From Candidatus Eiseniibacteriota bacterium (GTDB taxonomy: Bacteria > Eisenbacteria > RBG-16-71-46 > CAIMUX01 > VGJL01): DNA of 11,328 nucleotides. The stretch covers positions 1 through 11,328 of the forward strand of contig JBHGAY010000057.1 in NCBI GenBank assembly GCA_041946735.1. Direction: 5' to 3'. Under the pieces are notes generated by a model. That model did not search any database, was not told the DNA's origin, and worked only from the letters and a program-made list of their open reading frames with translations. This document shows, piece by piece, positions 7,401 to 11,328 of this stretch (position 1 is its first letter; each line of letters opens with the position of its first letter). A program made the position numbers and the translations under genes.

Positions 7401-7778
7401 CGGGACATCGCGGAGCTTCTGCCGTTCCTCGAGCCGCGCGCCGAGGAGTGGGCGGCGGCGGCCGTGCAACGGCTGCGCGAGCGGGGGGAGCAGGAAGCGC
7501 GCGAGCTGCGCGAGACGCTCGAGCGGCAGCGGGACCGCGTGCGCGAACGTTTGCAGAAGTACGAGGCGGATGGGGACGGCCGGCGCCAGCTCACCCTCGG
7601 CTTCAACGAGGAGGAGCGGCGCCAGCTCGAAGCCGACGCGCGCTCGTGGCGGAGCCGGCTCGCGCAGTTCGACCGCGATCTCGCCGAGGAGCCGGCGCGC
7701 ATCCGCGACTTCTACGAGGTGAAGGCGCGGCGGATCGAGCCGGTCGGCCTCGTCTACCTCTGGCCGGAGAGCAACTAG
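4407..7778 (+). CDS. drmD: DISARM class I SNF2-like helicase DrmD (1123 aa)
   Basis: GTG start with RBS GAGGAGG (4393-4399). SNF2 motifs ADDTGLGKT, LILDEAHH, LSATPHNG, LLATDAAREGLNFQ and DLPWNPGRIEQRNGRIDR. DrmD-like termini: GELVHVRSRKWLVEEV...FLHTLRWNCVTATDP..FQSPFRAGI and IEPVGLVYLWP. Lies directly upstream of an adenine MTase gene. Confidence 0.93.
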   Translation: MSTSNKAGRVADAHTGSTTHTDLPTRLPQPGELVHVRSRKWLVEEVEPAADPRLSAVVRLACAEDDAQGQTLAVFWSHEPDRSILEEEGWKDLASRGFDPPRMFSAFLHTLRWNCVTATDPTLFQSPFRAGIKIDAYQMEPLRKALRLPRVTLFIADDTGLGKTIEAGLIARELLLRRKAKTIVVSTPPSVLEQWKAELEERFGLVFEILDRAYLTRMRRERGFGVNPWRTHSRFLVSHNLLIDSSYADPLREWLGPLLPGSLLILDEAHHAAPASGGRYGIETKFTRAIRDLAGRFEHRLFLSATPHNGHSNSFSTLMEILDPYRFTRGVDLRPKALEEVMVRRLKEDIRATQGGFPKRDIVRVPIDGLPVDAPELLLSRLLDDYRTAREERFASTSKRAQASAGLLVVGLQQRLLSSIEAFARSLKVHRATVERQWEKGRPAGAAALDSAGTSEAASASLLTQAPDADDERADWTAEEAEAEEASEVEAATAAAESESPRDEAATKSWRREKALLEQMQEIAERHRHLPDAKTRYLIDWIRENLCPDLPPFGKPAPKGTPPPEWRNRRVLIFTENREGTKRHLKEILESAIEGTDRAEERIEVIDGLTSSTRRKEIQRRFNTDPAKDPLRILLATDAAREGLNFQAHCADLFHFDLPWNPGRIEQRNGRIDRKLQPADEVRCHYFVLPQRAEDRVLEVLVRKTETIKKELGSLSKVIDDDIERRLAHGIRHRDAQRLAEEIEAADLDEARKRATEEELEAARERRDALDAQNDRCRNLLAKSRLATAFDPRSFRAALSCSLEILHAPPLAEATDEHGRRVYVFPPLAGPTARDQSWAATLDTLRTPRRPDQKLADWRREAPIRPVVFEDTGILTEDTVHLHLEQRVAQRLLSRFRAQGFVHHDLSRACLAQTRDSIPRVILLGRLSLYGRGAERLHEEIVPVTARWVEPRRRKGRLEPYARAAEAKTLDLLDDSLEESDALLPGDAIQRKLLASAARDIAELLPFLEPRAEEWAAAAVQRLRERGEQEARELRETLERQRDRVRERLQKYEADGDGRRQLTLGFNEEERRQLEADARSWRSRLAQFDRDLAEEPARIRDFYEVKARRIEPVGLVYLWPESN

Positions 7779-7853
7779 GACCAGGACGAGGACCAGGACA
7801 AGGACCAGGACAAGGACAGGGGCCTGGACAGGGACAAGAACTAGGACAAGGAC
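7776..7853 (+). repeat. Hexanucleotide tandem repeat (NAGGAC consensus, 13 units) in the drmD-drmMI spacer
   Basis: taggac caggac gaggac caggac aaggac caggac aaggac aggggc ctggac agggac aagaac taggac aaggac. The first unit includes the drmD TAG stop. Confidence 0.92.
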
Positions 7854-7873
7854 CATGGAGACCCAGTAGAGCG

Positions 7874-10800
7874 ATGGCGAAGATCGATCCGCAGATCCTT
7901 GCGCACTTGCAGTGGCTCGGCTTCGTGCAGCCGACCGGCCTCGTCGTCTCGGCGCCGGCGCTGGTGCGGGCCGGGGCGATCCTCGACTCCCGCGACGCGG
8001 AAGGGCAGCGGCTGCTGCGCTCGGTCGTCGGGGCGAGCGACCCGGCCGGCGATCAGGTGCGGGAGCGGCCGGTGGCGGGCTACATGGGGACGGCGGTAGC
8101 GACCGCGACAGCGATCGTGACCGATGCCGACCCGCGGATCACCGACTTCCGCGCCTTCGCCGGCGCGGTCCTCGGATGGCGCTTCTCGCCGAAGGGATAT
8201 GCGGGGACGGACGCCTGCCCGATCCCGCCGGAGCTGGAGGTCCCGCTGCCGGACGCGGGGGAGACGCTGCGCCCCGACTACGCCGTCCGCGAGCTGGAGC
8301 CGCAGAACGGCGCTCCTCCGTGGCAGCTCCTGGTGCGCGTGCTCGAAGGCGACACGGGGTTCGATGAAGAGACGCGGGACGGGGGACGCTTCGAGCTGTC
8401 GCCGCACACGCGCATGGAGCGGCTGCTGCGGCAGACCGGCGTGCCGGCGGGACTGCTCGTGAACGGGCGGGCGATGCGGCTCGTGTCGGCGCCGAGCCGC
8501 GAATCGTCCGGCTGGCTCGACTTCCGTGTCGCGGACATGGTGCAGACGGCGGGGAGGCCGATCTGCACGGCGATGCGGCTCCTGCTCTCGGAGCAGAGGC
8601 TGCTCGCGCTGCCCCGCCATCAGCGGCTCGCCGCCCTCCTGGCCGACAGCCGGAAGTTCCAGAACGAGGTGTCGGAGAAGCTCGCCGAGCAGGTGCTGCA
8701 CGCGCTCTACGAGCTGCTACGCGGATTGGAGGCAGCCGACGACGCGTCGAACGGGACGCTGCTCGAGGAGGCGATCGAGAAGCACCCGGACGAGATCTAT
8801 CGCGGGCTACTGACCGTGATCCTGCGGCTCGTGTTCCTGCTCTATGCCGAGGAGCGGGGCATGCTGCCGGGCGATGGCACCTTCGTGCGGTACTACTCGC
8901 TCGCCGGGCTGCACGAGCGGCTGCGCGAGGATGCGGCGCTCTACCCCGACACGATGGAGGACCGCTACGGCGCCTGGGCGCAGCTCCTGGCGCTCTTCCG
9001 GATGATCCACGATGGGGCGGCGGCGCCGGAGATGCGGATCCCCGCGCGCCAGGGGGTGCTGTTCGATCCGGATCGGTACCCGTTCCTGGAGGGACGCAGG
9101 AAGGACGGCGGGGCGCGGAAGAATCGCAAGAGGATCGAAGTTCCGCTCGTGAGCGACGGGACCGTCTACCGCGCGCTCGAGAAGCTGCTCGTGCTGGACG
9201 GGGAGCGCATCTCCTACCGGGCGCTCGACGTCGAGCAGATCGGCTCTGTCTACGAAACGATGATGGGGTTCCGCCTGGAGATGGCGACCGGCTTCTCGGT
9301 CGCAATCAAGTCGCAGAAGAAGCAGGGGGCGCCGACGGCGGTGGACCTCGACGCTCTGCTCGAGGTGTCGGGGGCCGGCCGGGCGAAGTGGATCCAGGAG
9401 CGCGCGGACAGGAAGCTCCCTGAGGGCGTCGCGAAGGCGGTCTCAGCGGCAAGGACGGTCGAGGACCTGCACGCGGCGCTCCAAGCGGTGATCGACCGGG
9501 CGGCGACGCCGGACATGGTGGCCATGGGAGGGCTGGTCCTGCAGCCGAGCGAGGAGCGGCGCCGCTCGGGTTCGCACTACACCCCGCGCGAGCTGACGCA
9601 GCCGATCGTTCGCACGACGCTCGATCCGATCCTGGCCCGGCTGCGCGGCGCGGACGGCAAGCCGCCGAGGCCGGAGCAGATCCTGGATCTGAAGGTCTGC
9701 GACCCGGCGATGGGATCCGGGGCGTTCCTGGTGGAGGCGTGCCGCTACTTGGGCGACGCGCTGGTCGAGTCGTGGCGCGCGCACGGGGCGCGACCGCAGA
9801 TCCCGCCGGACGAGGACGACCATGTCTTCGCGGGGCGGCTCGTCGCGCAGCGGTGCCTGTACGGAGTCGACCGCAACCCCGTCGCCGTCGACCTGGCGAA
9901 GATGTCGCTCTGGCTCGCGACCCTCGCCAAGGACCACGCGCTGACCTTCGTGGATCACGCGCTGCGCCACGGCGACTCGCTGGTCGGACTGTCGCGCCGG
10001 CAGATCGAGGGCTTCCACTGGAAGGCCGACGCGCCCCGCTTCCAGGCGGGCTTCGAGGTGATGCAGGTGCAGGAGCGCCTGGCCGCGGTCCGTGAGCTGC
10101 GGCAGGAGATCCGCGAGGCGGGCGAGGACGTCTCGGACGACGAGCTGCGGCTGCTGTGGAGCAATGCGGAAGAGGAGATGGACGAGCTACGGCTGCTCGC
10201 CGACCTGCCGGCTGCCGCGTTCTTCCAGGGGAGGAAGGACGCGATCCGCGAGCAGAGGCTCCGCGATTACGCGAAGCTGGTCGCCGTCGGAGAGGCCGTG
10301 CAGTTCCGGCCCTGGCTCGAGGAGCAGCGCAGGGCGAACCAGCCGTTCGCGCCGTTCCATTGGGAGATCGAGTTCCCGGAGGTGTTCGAGCGGGAGAACC
10401 CGGGGTTCGATGCGTTCGTGGGGAATCCGCCGTTCGCGGGGAAGAACTCGATCGCCGCCGGCAACATCGGTGGCTATCCCGACTGGCTGAAGGATCTGCA
10501 CGCGGAGAGCCACGGGAACGCCGATCTCGTCGCTCACTTCTTCCGAAGGGCGTTCGATCTGCTGCGCCAGGGCGGGACCTTCGGGCTGATCGCGACCAAC
10601 ACGATCGCCCAGGGGGACACGCGAGCGAGCGGCTTGCGATGGATCTGCACGCACGGAGGGGAGATCTTCGCCGTTCGGAGGCGGGTCAAGTGGCCGGGCA
10701 TGGCGGCGGTCGTGGTGAGCATGGTTCATGGGATGAAGGGACGGTTCGAGGGGACGAAGCGCCTCGACGAGCGCCCGGTCGATCGGATCAGCGCATTCCT

Positions 10801-11296
10801 GTTCCACGGCGGGGGAGACGAGGATCCGAAACGGCTGGAGGCGAACGCAGGGAAGAGCTTCGTGGGCAGCTACGTCCTGGGCATGGGCTTCACCTTCGAC
10901 GACACCGACACGAAGGGAGTCGCGACGCCGATCGCCGAGATGGACCGGCTGCTGCGCGAGCACCCGGAGTGCTGGGAGGTGATCTTTCCGTACATCGGCG
11001 GCGAGGAGGTGAACAGCCACCCCGCCCATGCCCACCACCGCTATGTCATCAACTTCGGCGAGCGGAGCGAAGAGGAGTGCCGGCGGCGATGGCCGGCGCT
11101 GATGCGGATCGTCGAGGAGAAGGTGAAGCCAGAGCGGATGCGGAACAACCGTGAAGGCTACCGACGGTACTGGTGGCAGTATGGCGAAAAGCGCGCCGAC
11201 CTCGCTCGCGCCATCGCCGGGCTGGAGCGAGTGTTGGTGATCTCACGCGTGGGGCAGCAGTCGGCGTTCACCTGGGGTAGTTCCGATCTTACTTGA
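7874..11296 (+). CDS. drmMI: DISARM class I N6-adenine DNA methyltransferase DrmMI (Eco57I/type IIG-like, 1140 aa as read), probably C-terminally truncated by an insertion
   Basis: ATG at 7874 (MAKIDPQILAHLQWLGFVQPTGLVVS). MTase motifs GSHYTPREL, VCDPAMGSGAFL (SAM binding), LYGVDRNP, HGDSL, FHWEIEFPEVF and GFDAFVGNPPF (NPPF catalytic motif). It follows drmD. It ends abruptly with ...SAFTW-GSSDLT*, apparently inside the target-recognition region. Confidence 0.88.
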   Translation: MAKIDPQILAHLQWLGFVQPTGLVVSAPALVRAGAILDSRDAEGQRLLRSVVGASDPAGDQVRERPVAGYMGTAVATATAIVTDADPRITDFRAFAGAVLGWRFSPKGYAGTDACPIPPELEVPLPDAGETLRPDYAVRELEPQNGAPPWQLLVRVLEGDTGFDEETRDGGRFELSPHTRMERLLRQTGVPAGLLVNGRAMRLVSAPSRESSGWLDFRVADMVQTAGRPICTAMRLLLSEQRLLALPRHQRLAALLADSRKFQNEVSEKLAEQVLHALYELLRGLEAADDASNGTLLEEAIEKHPDEIYRGLLTVILRLVFLLYAEERGMLPGDGTFVRYYSLAGLHERLREDAALYPDTMEDRYGAWAQLLALFRMIHDGAAAPEMRIPARQGVLFDPDRYPFLEGRRKDGGARKNRKRIEVPLVSDGTVYRALEKLLVLDGERISYRALDVEQIGSVYETMMGFRLEMATGFSVAIKSQKKQGAPTAVDLDALLEVSGAGRAKWIQERADRKLPEGVAKAVSAARTVEDLHAALQAVIDRAATPDMVAMGGLVLQPSEERRRSGSHYTPRELTQPIVRTTLDPILARLRGADGKPPRPEQILDLKVCDPAMGSGAFLVEACRYLGDALVESWRAHGARPQIPPDEDDHVFAGRLVAQRCLYGVDRNPVAVDLAKMSLWLATLAKDHALTFVDHALRHGDSLVGLSRRQIEGFHWKADAPRFQAGFEVMQVQERLAAVRELRQEIREAGEDVSDDELRLLWSNAEEEMDELRLLADLPAAAFFQGRKDAIREQRLRDYAKLVAVGEAVQFRPWLEEQRRANQPFAPFHWEIEFPEVFERENPGFDAFVGNPPFAGKNSIAAGNIGGYPDWLKDLHAESHGNADLVAHFFRRAFDLLRQGGTFGLIATNTIAQGDTRASGLRWICTHGGEIFAVRRRVKWPGMAAVVVSMVHGMKGRFEGTKRLDERPVDRISAFLFHGGGDEDPKRLEANAGKSFVGSYVLGMGFTFDDTDTKGVATPIAEMDRLLREHPECWEVIFPYIGGEEVNSHPAHAHHRYVINFGERSEEECRRRWPALMRIVEEKVKPERMRNNREGYRRYWWQYGEKRADLARAIAGLERVLVISRVGQQSAFTWGSSDLT

Positions 11297-11328
11297 CAGT
11301 TGACCTTCCGGAGGGCGGATGGCCCTCC
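11276..11328. mobile_element. Putative end of an insertion sequence (family uncertain; IS1-like terminal pattern) interrupting drmMI
   Basis: Abrupt switch to the AT-richer GGTAGTTCCGATCTTACTTGACAGTT, loosely similar to IS1-type ends (GGTnATG...CTTA(C/T)TGAT). It contains a perfect TTGACA (11293-11298), supplies the stop codon, and is followed by the hairpin GGAGGGC/GCCCTCC (11310-11328). Confidence 0.55.

Noticed and set aside
7776..7853. CRISPR array or terminator in the drmD-drmMI spacer
   Set aside because: The units are 6 bp with no unique spacers, and there is no stem-loop with a U-tract.
3645..7856. 1403-aa minus-strand ORF
   Set aside because: It is the antisense shadow of the GC-rich drmD gene. 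It starts in the hexamer repeat (VLVLVL...) and has no recognisable motifs.
7247..7873. N-terminal extension of the methyltransferase ORF (1349 aa in the track)
   Set aside because: It overlaps drmD by more than 500 nt and translates as low-complexity sequence plus GQGP repeats. Family-like sequence begins at ATG 7874.
1..11328. Composite transposon formed by the two terminal elements
   Set aside because: The two ends are unrelated in sequence (TGAACCGCCCC vs GGTAGTTCC), so they are not copies of one IS.

Overview
The window has two parts and a short mobile-element end at each edge. Left part (58-3554, lower GC): an integron-type gene cassette array with three attC-like sites and no integrase in view. 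It carries (i) a 327-aa CCCH-finger/membrane-anchored hypothetical protein, (ii) a two-gene cassette encoding a TIR-domain protein overlapping a TIR/nucleoside-deoxyribosyltransferase-like protein, and (iii) a proteasome-beta/Ntn-hydrolase-like gene with a CxxC insertion, split by a +1 frameshift. Right part (4407-11296, very GC-rich): the first two genes of a class I DISARM anti-phage operon, drmD (SNF2-like helicase) and drmMI (N6-adenine methyltransferase), separated by a 13-unit hexamer repeat. drmMI appears truncated by a putative IS at about 11276. An IS3-family left end occupies 1-57. The best candidates for undescribed systems are the TIR plus NDT-like cassette and the CxxC Ntn-protease cassette, both in a defence-island context. 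All family calls come from motifs read by eye; no database search was run.
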